Positions 34,116-46,600 of a stretch of DNA of 64,000 nt are shown here, in pieces. The notes below the pieces were generated by a model, which was given only the letters and a program-made list of their open reading frames with translations, did no database searches and was not told the DNA's origin. Where the stretch lies: the IMG/VR virus record IMGVR_UViG_3300028277_000003, positions 1,436 to 65,435 of that record. The stretch is one strand, 5' to 3'. This DNA comes from a virus (taxonomy: Duplodnaviria; Caudoviricetes). Numbering within the stretch: position 1 is the stretch's first letter; every line of letters starts with the position of its first letter. A program made the translations under genes and the position numbers.

Positions 34116-34558
34116 CGACATTCGATGAAGGTATTGATGTAGTACTTGATGTACTCAAAAATAACTGGACTAGAGGTAACACTAACAATTACAAACCTGT
34201 GATTATTGATATAGCAGATGAAAGTCCTGAACGTGGTAAGAGACTTGACCTTGATAGAACGGATTATATTATGGTGTTTGAAACAGCACATAACGAAGAG
34301 TTACCTGAGATGTTGTATGATTTCGTCACCACACGTATCAATATTACAGTTGATATGCGTACTACGAGAAGTAGAGACCAACTGAAAAAGATGGAGAACG
34401 AATTAAGAAGATGCATACATCTTAAAAGGAAAGGTGATGGTGTAAACTTTGATAGGCTTGTGTACAAAACACGTACCGACTTATCAGATAGAAGTAAAAA
34501 ACTGTTCAGAATGACCTTTCAGATAGAAGTTGTTATCTTTGCAGAGTTAATCCCATGA
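34109..34558 (+). CDS. Probable tail terminator/completion protein
   Basis: 149 aa immediately before the tail tube gene; alpha/beta pattern INITVDMRT...FRMTFQIEV. Confidence 0.55.
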   Translation: MVATFDEGIDVVLDVLKNNWTRGNTNNYKPVIIDIADESPERGKRLDLDRTDYIMVFETAHNEELPEMLYDFVTTRINITVDMRTTRSRDQLKKMENELRRCIHLKRKGDGVNFDRLVYKTRTDLSDRSKKLFRMTFQIEVVIFAELIP

Positions 34559-34572
34559 GGTGAGAGAGAGCC

Positions 34573-37050
34573 ATGCCATCGACAGTATACAAGGGTGATT
34601 TGTCCGAGATAACCTTCGGACACGAAACAGGAGTGAGATTAGAGCATGATTATGCAGCAGGTACATCTTTTACAGATGCTACTTGTGATTACAATAATGC
34701 TGTAACAATAACAAACGATGCTAATGCTGCAATAGTAACTGGATTACGAGTGACTGGTACAGGTATTCCAACTGACGCTTATGTTGCCTCAATAGTAAGT
34801 TCTAATGCTGCCGGAGCAACGACTTCATTTACTTTATCTGTTGCTACTACTGGTGGTGCTGTAACTAACGGTACACTAACCTTTGACCCCGATTTCAAGT
34901 TTATCGCTGGTGGTGGAGATAAAGATACAGTAAGTGATACTAGTGTAATTTCTTTTAGAGGTGGTCAAGCGGATACTCCTGTATTTGAAGGCATTCTTGA
35001 ATACCCTAATGGTATGTTAGTCGGCAGTAAAGTAATATTTACAATAGCAAGTGGCAGTCCTGAATGGGATACGCAAGACGACTATGCGGTATCGGGTAGG
35101 ATGTTTACTATAATTAAACAAGAAGTTGCTACAAGTGGTGATAACAACGGATGTACCGAAATTACTATTACACCCGCTTTGAAAACAGACCATAGTTCAG
35201 TAGACAAAGATTCTAAGGCTAATGATGTAATGACTATCTTACCTTTTACGACACCTGCGATGGACGTAGGTATGCAACACGCTGATGCAGCAAACACATC
35301 TGCTGAGAGTGTATTGACTGACCAATTCGTTGGACTAGTAAGCACTGTCGCACTTCCTGAGACTAAAGTAGACCTCAAGAGATACCATGTTGTAGGACTT
35401 GGTAGAGATGTGGCAGTACAAGTACCGGGCAGATTTACTAATACCGGTGGTTCATTCGAGTGTAACATACACAATGGTCGATGGTTCTATTATTGTTTAG
35501 GACATGAAGTTGTAAGTGCACCGGAAGTTAGACAAGATGGGCATGGAAGTGAAACATATACATTGACAGCAGCCGCTTATTCAGGTGACTCGTACATTAC
35601 ATTCGATAGTAGCGGTTCTACTAATCCAGCAATTAATTCTGTGAATGTAGGTGTAGGTGATTACGTTTTCTTACTCGGCGGTGACAATACAGAAGGTGTT
35701 GACAAAGTAGATGTGCAGAGTTACAGAGATACAAATGTAAATGCGGAAGTATTTACAGACGCTACTTGTGGCTACAACGATGACCCAACTATTACAATGG
35801 ATAGTACCGCTAAGTTAATTGTTGGTATGTCTGTGTCCGGTACAGATATTCCTAGTGGTGCGACAGTATCTAGTATAACTAACTCTACTACTTTTGAATT
35901 GAGTGCATCCACCACAGGTGGTAGTGTAACTAATGGTACTCTAACTTTTGACCCAAGAGATATTTCTGCATGGCCGAATGTAGACGCTACGAAAATAATT
36001 GATAAGGCTATGAAAGAAGAAGCAAGAAGAATAGTAGCCATTACTGTAACTGGTGGTATTGGTAAAGTTTGGTTAGACGACCCTCTACAATTCTCGTATG
36101 AAGATAATACAGTAGTAGAGTTTGCTAGATATGCAGCAGATGATAGCAATGGTAGTCCACATAGAAACACGACCACAGGGGCAATCACTAAACCAGTCAG
36201 TCATTTGTTCTTCTCTCGTACAACTGTGCCTTCTTTTGCTATGGAAGTCAGTGTTAGAAGAAGAGACATAGACAGTAACGATGGTACTACCGATGGTGGT
36301 ACAGGAGATTCAAAACAACTAACACGTGTCTTTAGAGGCTGTAAAGTGAAAGATTTCTCACTAACCACAGACACAGACGCTGCTCTAAGATTGACAGCAA
36401 ACTTCGATTCAGCATTGTGTTACACAGATACTGGTAGGTTAGAAGCAAGTAACAAGGGAGATAGATACAATACACACAGACTCTTTGAAGATACTGCTAA
36501 TACAGAAGTAAAGAGAAAGATTTCAGGTATTGGTAAAGGGACTCAGAAACCATTTATGTTTTACAACGGTTCTATATCTATGCTAGGTACAACATTGGGT
36601 CAAGTTGTTTCATTCACATTAAACGGTAAGACTGGTGTAGAGCAGTACTATACTATTGGTGCGGCTAACATAGCGAATAGTGCTACTGACCAAGTGCCAT
36701 TTGCTGGTACTCGTAACCCTACACTAGCAGTAGAGGGTAAAACAGAGTATGACCTTGAAATGGAGATAATCGTAGACGACCCTCTATTCTATCACAATAT
36801 GCGTAGAGCAGTTGAAAACTTTGATGAAACAGACGAGACTGCGCAAACAGATGCAGACATGATACGTTTATCTTTCACAAAACAAGTATCTAGCGGTACG
36901 GCAGAATCTATTGACATACTAATGGATGATTATTACATCGTTGAAGCACCACTACCCGTACCTGAGGATAAAGGACCATTGAGGGCAAAACTAAAGATTC
37001 TACCTAAATCAGTAAAGGTTATCGCTGTTGATACAGTTATACACGCTTGA
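34573..37050 (+). CDS. Major tail (tube) protein with inserted accessory domains
   Basis: YKGDLSEITFGHET start, TVPSFAMEV, RVFRGCKVKDFSL, PFMFYNGSI are tube-like; lies upstream of chaperone and tape measure; two copies of a ~70-aa insert. Confidence 0.7.
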   Translation: MPSTVYKGDLSEITFGHETGVRLEHDYAAGTSFTDATCDYNNAVTITNDANAAIVTGLRVTGTGIPTDAYVASIVSSNAAGATTSFTLSVATTGGAVTNGTLTFDPDFKFIAGGGDKDTVSDTSVISFRGGQADTPVFEGILEYPNGMLVGSKVIFTIASGSPEWDTQDDYAVSGRMFTIIKQEVATSGDNNGCTEITITPALKTDHSSVDKDSKANDVMTILPFTTPAMDVGMQHADAANTSAESVLTDQFVGLVSTVALPETKVDLKRYHVVGLGRDVAVQVPGRFTNTGGSFECNIHNGRWFYYCLGHEVVSAPEVRQDGHGSETYTLTAAAYSGDSYITFDSSGSTNPAINSVNVGVGDYVFLLGGDNTEGVDKVDVQSYRDTNVNAEVFTDATCGYNDDPTITMDSTAKLIVGMSVSGTDIPSGATVSSITNSTTFELSASTTGGSVTNGTLTFDPRDISAWPNVDATKIIDKAMKEEARRIVAITVTGGIGKVWLDDPLQFSYEDNTVVEFARYAADDSNGSPHRNTTTGAITKPVSHLFFSRTTVPSFAMEVSVRRRDIDSNDGTTDGGTGDSKQLTRVFRGCKVKDFSLTTDTDAALRLTANFDSALCYTDTGRLEASNKGDRYNTHRLFEDTANTEVKRKISGIGKGTQKPFMFYNGSISMLGTTLGQVVSFTLNGKTGVEQYYTIGAANIANSATDQVPFAGTRNPTLAVEGKTEYDLEMEIIVDDPLFYHNMRRAVENFDETDETAQTDADMIRLSFTKQVSSGTAESIDILMDDYYIVEAPLPVPEDKGPLRAKLKILPKSVKVIAVDTVIHA

Positions 37051-37059
37051 GGTGGTATA

Positions 37060-37833
37060 GTGTTACCAACTGCTGTTAAAAGAGTTCAATTCTACTCACG
37101 CAATTCTCATGAAAAATATGTCTATTGGCTAATTGATATTGTCAAAGTACCATACGATAAGGCTTTGTTAAAGACTAATTCTAGAAATGTCGTAGATGCG
37201 ATGGTTGTTAAAATGATAAACGAAGGTAAAACCATTACAGAGACTACTGTACTAGCGCCCATAATTCGAGAAATAGAAGATGTTACAGAAGATACCGTAG
37301 TAGAACCTATAGTAGAACCTATACTAGAAGAAATAGAAGAGCAGATAGAGCAGATAGAGCCGTCATGGGTTGAATCCGCTAGAGGCGCAATAGGTGACGT
37401 AGTGGAAGACGTAGCGGAAGAAATACAAGAGAGGGTAGAAGACGTTGTTGAAGTTATTGAAAATGTTATCGAAGATACAGTTGGGTTTACTTTTGACAGA
37501 CCTGTTGAAGTTACTGAAGAAATGATGATAGTCCCCGATGTTGACAATCCGTTTGGTGGGGAAATTGATTACAATTCTTTCACCATAAGAGAACTCCAAA
37601 AAGAATGTAAAGCGCGTGGAATCACTATTCGTGGCACTAAATCTGAGGTAGTGTTAAGGCTACGACACGATGACGCAGGGATTGTCGAACAACCGACACA
37701 AGGTGTAACCGATGCCCCCTCGCAAGAGGCTGCGGACGTAACGCCGGATGCCCCCTCGCAAGAGGCTGCGACCGAGGAAGTGACAACAAATGACGATAGT
37801 AGACAAACAGAACTTACTGACGAAGAAGAGTGA
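37060..37833 (+). CDS. Highly acidic protein with SAP/HeH domain
   Basis: YNSFTIRELQKECKARGITIRGTKSEVVLRL matches the SAP consensus; E/V/D-rich linker; GAGGTGG RBS with GTG. Confidence 0.75.
   Translation: MLPTAVKRVQFYSRNSHEKYVYWLIDIVKVPYDKALLKTNSRNVVDAMVVKMINEGKTITETTVLAPIIREIEDVTEDTVVEPIVEPILEEIEEQIEQIEPSWVESARGAIGDVVEDVAEEIQERVEDVVEVIENVIEDTVGFTFDRPVEVTEEMMIVPDVDNPFGGEIDYNSFTIRELQKECKARGITIRGTKSEVVLRLRHDDAGIVEQPTQGVTDAPSQEAADVTPDAPSQEAATEEVTTNDDSRQTELTDEEE
37711..37770 (+). repeat. 24-bp direct repeat, period 36 (DAPSQEAA x2)
   Basis: gatgccccctcgcaagaggctgcg at 37711-37734 and 37747-37770. Confidence 0.9.
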
Positions 37834-38152
37834 ACAAAGGCACGAAATCCGTGTAGACAAAGAAAATCCTGATTTAATGATGGAAGTATGGGTTAGAGAA
37901 TTAACTTTCTTTGATGTACAAAAAGCCGCACAAAGTATGTTTCAGATGGATGGCGATGACATATCGCTGAATCTAGAAGGATACTGGCGTTACGCATTTT
38001 CCAACTGGGTAGTTAGAACTAACCCTGAATTAACCGTAGATGACATGATGAGCCTAAATGCATATGTCGGTCAACAAATTGCCTCTCTATTACCAAAGCC
38101 CGATGAACTGGCGGAGGCAATGCAGGGGGGTTTTACGAAAGCGAGCAACTAA
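37790..38152 (+). CDS. Tail assembly chaperone (lambda G-like)
   Basis: 120 aa between tube and tape measure; EVWVRELTF motif; slippery site near the 3' end. Confidence 0.75.
   Translation: MTIVDKQNLLTKKSEQRHEIRVDKENPDLMMEVWVRELTFFDVQKAAQSMFQMDGDDISLNLEGYWRYAFSNWVVRTNPELTVDDMMSLNAYVGQQIASLLPKPDELAEAMQGGFTKASN
38128..38134 (+). promoter_or_regulatory. Programmed -1 ribosomal frameshift site G GGT TTT
   Basis: X XXY YYZ heptamer in the correct phase; the -1 frame is open from 38131 through the 38206-38427 ORF. Confidence 0.8.
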
Positions 38153-38427
38153 GAGTTCGGCAATTTCTAAAGAAAAAGGTAATAAAAAATCCTGACGATT
38201 TAGAAATGCAGATGCAGTTGTTCGCCTACATCGTAGCGAAACATTACAGCATATCGCTGTCTGAGGTATACCATATGAGTGAAGGCGTGTTCAAACAATC
38301 CCTATCTTGGGCATTGGCTATTAATGAAGAAGAGCGTCTCGCAGAGAAGAAGCAAGACCTTGAGAATAGAACAGACAGTAGCGATGTTGTAGACTTCGAT
38401 TATACATTTTTAGAAGGAGAGGATTGA
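38131..38427 (+). CDS. Tail assembly chaperone T-like segment (expressed as a G-T frameshift fusion)
   Basis: -1 frame reads FYESEQLRVRQFLKKK...YIVAKHYSISLSEVYHMS, typical of T-domain helices. Confidence 0.7.
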   Translation, partial: FYESEQLRVRQFLKKKVIKNPDDLEMQMQLFAYIVAKHYSISLSEVYHMSEGVFKQSLSWALAINEEERLAEKKQDLENRTDSSDVVDFDYTFLEGED

Positions 38428-38429
38428 TT

Positions 38430-39359
38430 ATGGCTCTAGGTGCATTACTCAATTCTTTGGCTTCTATGACTAGTTCTCTAAGCAGTATAGGTAACATAAT
38501 GAGTTCATTAGGTAGCGCCGCATCTAAGATAGGTGAGGCTTTAGGTAAAGCCTTTAGTTTTGCAAAAAAGAAAGCAAAACAAGCATTTGATGCTATAAAA
38601 GATATATGGGATAAGACAATTAGTCCTTTGTGGGATTGGTATAAAGCACGTTCATTAGAATCTTTAGGAATTATAAAATCTGCTTTTGGTAGTTTATTAA
38701 AAGGGATGAAAAATTTATGGAACAGTACCGTTATGCCGATATGGGATTTAATGAAAACTGCTATGATGTTTTGGGTTAACTTATTTTCAGGTGAGTGGGG
38801 TAAAGCCCTAGGTAATGTCAAAACGATATGGGGCGCTACATTTGGTAAATTATGGAGTGGGTTAAAATCTGCCGCAGGTAAAGCATTAGGGGGCATCAAG
38901 ACTTTATGGGGTGTTATAGTTGGTACTATGGGTACTATATTCGATGCTACTATTGGAAATGCATTTGATAAATTAAAATCAGCAGCACAAGGTGTATTTG
39001 ATACAATAGGTAGTGCATGGGATACTGTCACATCTGTTATGTCTACCATATATGATAAAACATTAGGTAGAATATTTGATGCAATAGGTGGTGCACTCAA
39101 AGGTATATTTAACTTCGGTAAATCGGTAGTAGGTGGTGTAGCAGACCTAGGTAGTGGTGCTATAAATGCCGTTACAGGTGGTAGTGGAGATAGTGATTCA
39201 CCTTCTTCGGGTGGCAACACGTTCAATATGACATTCAATTTAAGTGGTCTTACAGACCGTACAGATAAAAGAGAATTGGCGAGAGAAATAAGTGATTTGA
39301 TACAACAAGAATTGTCACGTAGTTCAGGCGGCGGTGGAAGAATTGGAAGGGGATACTGA
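38430..39359 (+). CDS. Short tape measure protein
   Basis: After G/GT; ~11-residue W/F periodicity (IWDKTISPLWD, LWNSTVMPIWD, IWGATFGKLWS); ends NTFNMTFNLSG...LAREISDLIQQEL. Confidence 0.8.
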   Translation: MALGALLNSLASMTSSLSSIGNIMSSLGSAASKIGEALGKAFSFAKKKAKQAFDAIKDIWDKTISPLWDWYKARSLESLGIIKSAFGSLLKGMKNLWNSTVMPIWDLMKTAMMFWVNLFSGEWGKALGNVKTIWGATFGKLWSGLKSAAGKALGGIKTLWGVIVGTMGTIFDATIGNAFDKLKSAAQGVFDTIGSAWDTVTSVMSTIYDKTLGRIFDAIGGALKGIFNFGKSVVGGVADLGSGAINAVTGGSGDSDSPSSGGNTFNMTFNLSGLTDRTDKRELAREISDLIQQELSRSSGGGGRIGRGY

Positions 39360-40642
39360 TGGCTGCTGGTATACCGATTAGATTAGTTCAAGAAAATCAC
39401 AACACAATAGAATTAGACGCAACGTCTATGACTCTTTCTACTTCTAGAAAAGTGGGTGGAATGGCTATACCTTTTACTGGTAGTAAGCGCATAGGTATGG
39501 ATTTGAACATTAATAGCGCTATGATAAACATTCAAGGCATCATTGCAGACGATAGAGAGGGTACAAAGAGTACAGCACACAGCGCTACAATTAATTTTGG
39601 TAAAACGCACAGTCAAGAAACTCAATGGAATACGACTTCTAACTTAAGCGGATTAAGTGGTCAAACACTCAAGATTCAGAAATTCGATACAGGGATTTCA
39701 TCGGGTGTTATACAAATTACTTTTACACCTGCTGGAACTACTACATCTAACGGTGTTACATCTAGTGGTGCATCTACAATGAATTTAACTAGTGCTGCTG
39801 ATTTTTCTGCATCAGGTAGTGGTACAATAGATGGAGATGGATTTACATGGACTGGTAAAAGTACTAATCAACTTACAGGAGTAAGTGGTGTAAGTGGTAC
39901 TAAAGCAGATGATGTAACAGTTATTCAAACTAGTACTACCGCTGATATTTTATCTGCTGGAAGAATAGTATACACTAGTACGTTAATACCATCTCAATTA
40001 GTAGCGGCTTTAGTTACATACATTAATACAAATCACGCATCATTTATTACCGCTAGTGCGGTATCGGGTGTAGACTACAATGATGTAACTTCTAATTGTA
40101 TACTCAATATAGTAATGACGACTTTGGGCAAAAATACTACTATGGCTAGAACTACCCCTTTGTGGAAGGGTAGCGGAGATTTTTGGAATGAACCAATAAC
40201 TCAAACATTTGCAGGTGGCTCTGATGGTGGAAAGAAATCTGCTGGTGACAAAACTATGGATTTATACGGCATAATCAACAACAGCAAAAGTAGAGGACAT
40301 ACCACCACGATTATCAATAAGCACATACTACAAAATAGTAGAACAAAAGAACTTAAAGATTACATTATTGGTTTACAAATACCATATAACTCTACCTTGA
40401 AAGCAACTGGTGGTGACGAATACGTTGCGAGAAACTTCTTCATGCCTACTGGAAACTATGATGGATTAGACAAAACATCAGAAGGTAATAATTTACCCGC
40501 TAGTGTAACATTTGACACAGGAGAAGAAAGAACCGGAATACAGGGTTCTGTACAAAAGTTTGATATTACATACGATGCTGGAGAATCGGTTTATAAATTC
40601 AATATGATATTTGCACCGATAGATAATTTGATTCTATCATAG
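39359..40642 (+). CDS. Probable distal tail (Dit-like) protein with central insertion
   Basis: Directly after TMP; N-terminal IGMDLNINSAMINIQG and C-terminal GSVQKFDITYDAGESVYKFNMIF flank a T/S/G-rich insert. Confidence 0.6.
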   Translation: MAAGIPIRLVQENHNTIELDATSMTLSTSRKVGGMAIPFTGSKRIGMDLNINSAMINIQGIIADDREGTKSTAHSATINFGKTHSQETQWNTTSNLSGLSGQTLKIQKFDTGISSGVIQITFTPAGTTTSNGVTSSGASTMNLTSAADFSASGSGTIDGDGFTWTGKSTNQLTGVSGVSGTKADDVTVIQTSTTADILSAGRIVYTSTLIPSQLVAALVTYINTNHASFITASAVSGVDYNDVTSNCILNIVMTTLGKNTTMARTTPLWKGSGDFWNEPITQTFAGGSDGGKKSAGDKTMDLYGIINNSKSRGHTTTIINKHILQNSRTKELKDYIIGLQIPYNSTLKATGGDEYVARNFFMPTGNYDGLDKTSEGNNLPASVTFDTGEERTGIQGSVQKFDITYDAGESVYKFNMIFAPIDNLILS

Positions 40643-40661
40643 ATAACTTGGGGGAAGGCAT

Positions 40662-43600
40662 TTGACAGTAATTAGCCGTAAGAATCATGGGTTTTTCTTT
40701 AACGGCATTACTGACAGTATCATTGTACCCGAAGGCGACTTTAGCGAATTAGGTCATAAGACGACGAGAGGCACCGATGATGTCAGAGTCATTCTTTCCG
40801 AAAACGCACCTTCTTCTACACGTAATGAGGGTGCAACATCAGGCATCTACAATAAACATCTTACAATAGAAGCGTGGGTAATGCCTGATTGTGGCGGTAC
40901 AATAATAGAGAAAGAAGGCCAATACAAACTTTCACTCGGCCATGTTGACACACCCGGCCCCGCTAAGTTTGAAGTCTTTATGATTGGAGATGGTGGAGAA
41001 GCGAGGTACGAGTTAACTACCGCTACATTAGATACTGACAGATACGAAGGTACTGTATATCCACATATCGAATACCAAGGCATACAAGATTCATACAATA
41101 GATTCGTTGGTAGCAGAGACGATGCCACTGAACTTAATAAAAATCATAGACCTTTGATACATGTAATAGCGACAGTAAGAACTAACGCAATACAACTGTA
41201 TATTAATGGGGAATTAGTCGCATCCCAATCTATCAAAGATAGGGATTTAGCACTACAAATCTCCACTAAACAAACATACATTGGGGGTAAAGGTGGAGAA
41301 TTTAGAGGTACACTAGAAGGTATTCACCTTAACGCATCTTTCAAAACTTCAATGGTAGACGGAAATGCCCCCTTAGCAGATAGTGATACTCTCTTGTTGT
41401 ATAGATTTGAAGAGCCTATTGCACCTATTGAAGAAGTTTTTACTTATAGCGCTCACGCAAGTAGTAGTGGTTTATCTACATTAACAATGACTAAGGTAGA
41501 TGCTCAATCACTTGCTTCTAAACTCACAGGTAATGCTGTAACAACAGGCACTGTTGACTTCACGTCTTCTCCTTATAGTTCAGGAGATTATGAAGTATTA
41601 GATTCATCATCAGGTTCTACTGTGGTAAGGGCTGTTTCACATGTACCGTATAATATACTAGTGAATCCTGATGGTATAACGCCTTCAACTAGTAAACCTA
41701 ACCAAAAACCTCCTGAAAGACTAAGATTACATTCTATAAACAATCTAGAAAATGCTAATCCTACGTTAACAGTTTCTAGTATTCATTTAGATTTTGTAAA
41801 CACTAGTAATAGCAATAATGGGTTAATAGGAGCATTGAATACGTCTAGAAGTGCTGGTGTTGACAATCATTTTATTGTGGTAGGGGCAGACTTGTTAATT
41901 GAAAGTGGTACATCTAAACCATATCAACCGCCCCACTATTCCTCACAGATAATAGATAGAACAGGACAAATGGTATTAGATGAGAGCGTTTTCGAGAATC
42001 ATGGTTTTGTGTATTCTAGTGCAATTGCTACAACCACATCAGATACAAATAATCCGTTTGCTGTGGCGTGGCCTACTAGCATAAGTGAAGATTTTCAAAT
42101 AGGTCACAGCGGTAGACATATTAAGAATCATGTCGAAGGCCACGCTTTCTTACGAATGCTACCTAAGGCTATTGATGAGATAATAGACCAAGAAGCAGAT
42201 GGTGGTCCTTATGCTGATATTATAGACGTAATATACAATAATATGCATAGAGGCATAGACAAGCAAGTTTCTGTTAATAGTCTAGTAGATGTGTATAGAG
42301 ATTTTAATGAGATAGTTATAGATAACGTTGTTAACACTAGTACTGTTACTGTAGCGTATAATTCTTACAATGGTACTAGCAGTCCACCTGCTGGTAAAAG
42401 AAAGTTAATTGCGATAGGTGGTCCTAATTTTAACTACACGTCTTTTGCACTAAAAGGTCCAATTCCTCAGTATAATAAATATGATGCTGATAATGATGAG
42501 ACACACCACGATAGTAACATTAGAGATTATCACGTTACACCATCTAAAGAAAGTAGAGTCGCTATATTACATGTACCTAGATTAGCGGCCTTGACTCCAT
42601 CTCTTTCTCCATTTGTGGAAATACATTACAATGCGATTGATTTGACTGGCGCTAGTATGAGCGGCACAGTACAACCTTTACTTATGGTAGAGAAAACTGT
42701 GCCATCGTCAGATACATTGGTAAGTGGCTCGGAGTATGTCTATGATTCTATAATCCATGCAATTGGTTCAGGTATGACATTACATGCACCCGGCGGATAC
42801 ATAGATGTCTATGCGTCTGAATTAGGTATTGATTCTCCAATAATTTCAGAGCATGGATTAGTGGGTGATACATCAGAAGGATATTCAGCCGATACGGAAA
42901 TTGATGAAAGTTTAACACCCGCTAATTACACTCCAAGAAATAATACAGATTCTATACAAAACGGTACACCGCAAGCCATAATTGAATCTGTGAGTGCAAC
43001 TGGGGTGCATGAATCTTCATTTAATAAATTATATCTTAATAAGATAGACAAAACTAAATCCTTGACTGATAAAGGTAGTTATTATAGAATTGAGCCTGAT
43101 TTAGTATTAGATAGTGGTTCTGCTGGACAGTTTGATACAGGTACAGTATCTTCATCATCACATATACACGAAACATTCGATATTATAGATAACCATATCT
43201 TAACAGGTACTAACAATGGTGATTTTAGAATCTTCATTCAGCCTTCAGATAGAAGAAGAAGCCTACAACTATCTAACGTTAATATATCTACAACATTTAA
43301 TAGCGCTACGATATTGTATCTGTTGAGTCGTGCTAAGGTAAGGTCGATTGAAGAAAGTGTTGGCGAGGATGGTGGTTTTACCACATTAAATTGTATAGGC
43401 GTAGGAGATAGCCTAGTATCCCGCTCAATTGATTTTACTGGTAAGGGTAGCCCTGACTCGCATATAGTCAAGGAAATAGAGCCTAATGCGCCTGTTGTCA
43501 CTGTTACACTTGGTGGTCCGGGTCAAGGTGCTATGGATACTAGACCAGTATTTCAACGCAGTATGTTAGCGCACGAAGCATACTCTACACGCAGGTCGTA

Positions 43601-46600
43601 TGCTGTAACTGCTACTAAACTAGTAGTACCTAATAATGACACAGGTACATTACACATTAAACCCTTAAATAATGAAAGCGAAGACTTAGCAAGTTGGGGC
43701 ACATATGGATTTCCTAGGTATGGTAGAATACACTTACAAGATGGTAGTAGTGCTAAATACACTAGTAAAACAGGCACTACATTTGTATTTGCAGCAGCAG
43801 CATTAGGTTCAGGAGATTTTATTTCTAATAACGGTAGTGAGTATTTATCTATTGCAAAATTACTAAATGCGCTGGGTTACATGAAAGGTCCGACATCAGG
43901 TACTGTAACCATAAATGGTAATTTTACAATATATAACGAATCAGGATTTGGTGAAAACTCTGACTTAGAAAATGGTACTACTGTAAACGATAGAATGCAT
44001 CAAACTATGAATGATGTACAACATGATTACCAACTAGGTACTCAATATGCTAGTACTAGAGCACTTGCAGAAATACCTGTATTTGCAGAACAATTTTTCC
44101 ACGATTCAGTAGGACCAAATAACGCTTTTAAAATACATGTAGATGCGACGCATACCGCACACACGTACAATCCTAGTCCAGTTGGTAGAAGGCAAAAAAG
44201 CGAAAATGAACTTGCTGATAGAGAAGCACACTCTGCATATTCTACTGCTATTTCTAATAATACACACGTACCTTCTACTTCTGTAATAAAATGGGATGCA
44301 ACTAACCTAAAACTGTATGTCAATGATATAGGTATTTTTCCAGCAGCAACAACGTCTGCATCTACTTTTCAAGATATAGATACACAATTAAGATATAGAA
44401 AAGTATTTTTAAATAGTGGAGATTGGGCTTGGTATAGAAATAATCCTTCTAGTGATGGATATTTACAAATTGGTTTAGTTAACAATTCTTTGTATAACAT
44501 GACTGAAAAGTTTACAGAGTTTTTACAACCCGGTGTTAGTGTATTTATTGGTGGTCCAGTAGTAGACGATAGTGTAAGGGCTATATCATCAGATATTTTA
44601 ACCCCTTCATCAGATTATGAAAATAGAGATGAATACTATTATGATGCTGCAAGTGTTAAAACTCAAGGTGGAAATGTAGATTATGGTTTACGTCAATATG
44701 TTAGTGCGGTTGAGTTTAAGGCTGGACCTGAAAGTAATCCACATGCTGCAAGAATAGATAGTAAACGTGCTACTGGTAAGGTGTTGTCTGCTACTGTAAC
44801 AAAATTAAGTGCGTATAACGATAAAGCAATTACAGTTACACTAAGTGCCGATGACTTCGTTAAGTTTCCAAATCTAGGATATGATACACTTGCTGATGCA
44901 TCCTCTGCTACTGGCGATTTAGGCTATGAAGTACAATACAACGATAATGGTACAATTTACAAATATCAATATCATGGTCATATTAAAACAATAAACAGTG
45001 TCGCTACTCCTAAAAATAGTATTACTTTAGTATTGCAATCTTCGGGTAGTACCTATCCTCTTGTATCATACGGCATAACAATTAACAATCCTTTAGGAAG
45101 CAATTATAGTAATGGTCATACTAATGCAATGAGTGCATCTGTTGGTACACCAAATAATATTTTTACAGTAGGAGATTCTATATTTATTGCGAATGGTACA
45201 AACAGAGGTGAAATCACTGCTGTCTCCTCTACTACTATTACTGTCGGTGGGGGTATTACTGGAACAATAGGCGATGATACTGTACTATACGGTCATGGTT
45301 TACCTGATGGAATAGATATAACACTTACAAGTAAGCGTAGAACTATACTCGGTACTTCTGTAAGTGCGATAGTTAGTGATGGCTCTCAATACTATCGTGA
45401 ATTAAAAAACAGTCTTAATATTGATACTAACATAGCGATTACAGCAGCAAGTGCTGCATCTAGTATAGAAATCACTAATCAGGCTGGTAAGAATGTAAAT
45501 AATTTACATGGTATAAATGTAAAGAAAGATGATATTATTTATTATTACATTGATGGAAGTCCTGATACAATCAGAAAAATAGGTACTGTTACTAAAGTTA
45601 CAGAAGCAAATAGTGATGATGAACAAACTATCACTTTGAGTGCTACCGGACCAGTAATACCTTCTAGTGCTAAACTTGCAGTATGGATTGGTGATTATGA
45701 AGATAAAGATGCTGTGTTAAACGCTACATGGATAAATCCGTATGCACAAGGTGGACTTCGTGACGGAGATACAGTATGGGCTAATATGTCATACAATAAC
45801 CCTCATGCCGTCGAAGGTCTATTCGCTAAGAGTAGAGGTGTGTTGAATGAATCACAAGTGTGGAATGCGTTTGATAATGGTGCAGGTGAATTAGACACAA
45901 CTAACCCTAGAGATAGCATCCCATTAGAGAACTTTTTAATTGGTAACACTTGTTTAGAAACTGCAAGAAATTATGTGCAACATGTAAACAGAACAGTTGA
46001 AGAAAATTATCTAGCACTCGGACTTACATCGGCACAAGCACCCGTTGTAGCCTATATCGACCCTTACTTGTCTACCGACGAACACGCACGTGTGTTGTTA
46101 TACAATGTGGCACATGACAAAGAGTTCATCGCATTCCAAGATATACACATGCAAGTGCAGACTAGTTCACAGGCTACACAAATAGGTTGGCCTAAAGAAG
46201 TGGTAGAAAGCGGCGACACAAGTAGAACAGAATTACACAAAGTCAACGCTGCGTACAACGGTTCAGGTCCAAGTCCATGGACTACGCAAATAGATGTTAC
46301 AAACGGCTTTTTATCTCAGAACCCATACATACGAAGTACTCAACAATCTAAGTATATAGAAAGCGCTTACGCACATGATTTAGCAAATAGACATACTAAT
46401 GATTTGTTAGATAGTAGCACTATTGATAGTTTAACCGAAGTTGATAGCGAACCTGCTCTACCGACAGATGGTAGAAAAATAGAGGGGGCTAGATTGTATG
46501 GTAAGGCACACGGCCATCACGTACATACGGGATATTCCTATGGTGGAGAAGTTAGTGGACTTTCAACAGGATACAGTCTTACGCCTAGAACTAACGATAG

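Noticed and set aside
38321-39238. 305-aa minus-strand ORF
   Set aside because: Antisense shadow of the tape measure gene, with no RBS or recognisable motifs
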